From: Lama glama
Taxonomy: Eukaryota
NCBI GenBank assembly: GCA_028534125.1
Contig: CM052816.1
Coordinates: forward strand, 1,612,001-1,676,000
Direction of reading: 5' to 3'
Length of the DNA stretch: 64,000 nucleotides
The position numbers and the translations under genes were made by a program. The notes beneath the pieces were generated by a model. That model had not been told where the DNA came from. It was given only the letters and a program-made list of their open reading frames with translations, and ran no database searches. Positions within the stretch are counted from its first letter, which is position 1. Each line of letters opens with the position of its first letter. Positions 63,895 to 64,000 of this stretch are shown piece after piece.

Positions 63895-64000
63895 GGCTGT
63901 GGTAAGAGCAGGCTTGGAAGGCAGAATAACCTCATTTCTAGTCTTGGCTCATCACTTAGCCCGAGCAAGTTGCTTAGACCTTCTAAGCCTCCATTTTTTT
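63895..64000 (+). mobile_element. MIR SINE (truncated by window end)
   Basis: gagcaagttgcttagaccttctaagcctcc. Confidence 0.6.

Noticed and set aside
1..64000. CRISPR array, operon or prokaryotic defence system
   Set aside because: Sequence is mammalian; no repeat-spacer array or dense coding organisation

Overview
Mammalian nuclear DNA, almost certainly camelid: there are three Vic-1-type tRNA-derived SINEs and young camelid-type L1 3' ends. The window has two 500-N scaffold gaps. I find no protein-coding exon of an intact gene, no RNA gene and no CRISPR array. It reads as an intergenic or deep-intronic region dominated by old interspersed repeats (L1M, L2, MIR, MLT1/MLT2 solo LTRs, MER DNA transposons), with several repeat-free, motif-rich islands that look like enhancers. 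The only recognisable gene-derived sequence is a minus-strand retrocopy of OST4 (full 37-codon ORF, about 70% aa identity to the recalled mammalian protein, with CpG-decay-type substitutions). It is inserted into an unidentified mRNA-like segment that itself interrupts an old L1. Other notable structures are a young 68-bp inverted duplication at about 32.2-32.9 kb, a 14-bp-period E-box minisatellite at about 34.7 kb and several nested-insertion stacks. Repeat subfamily names and boundaries come from recalled consensus sequences and are approximate. I do not see evidence for a new multi-gene biological system.
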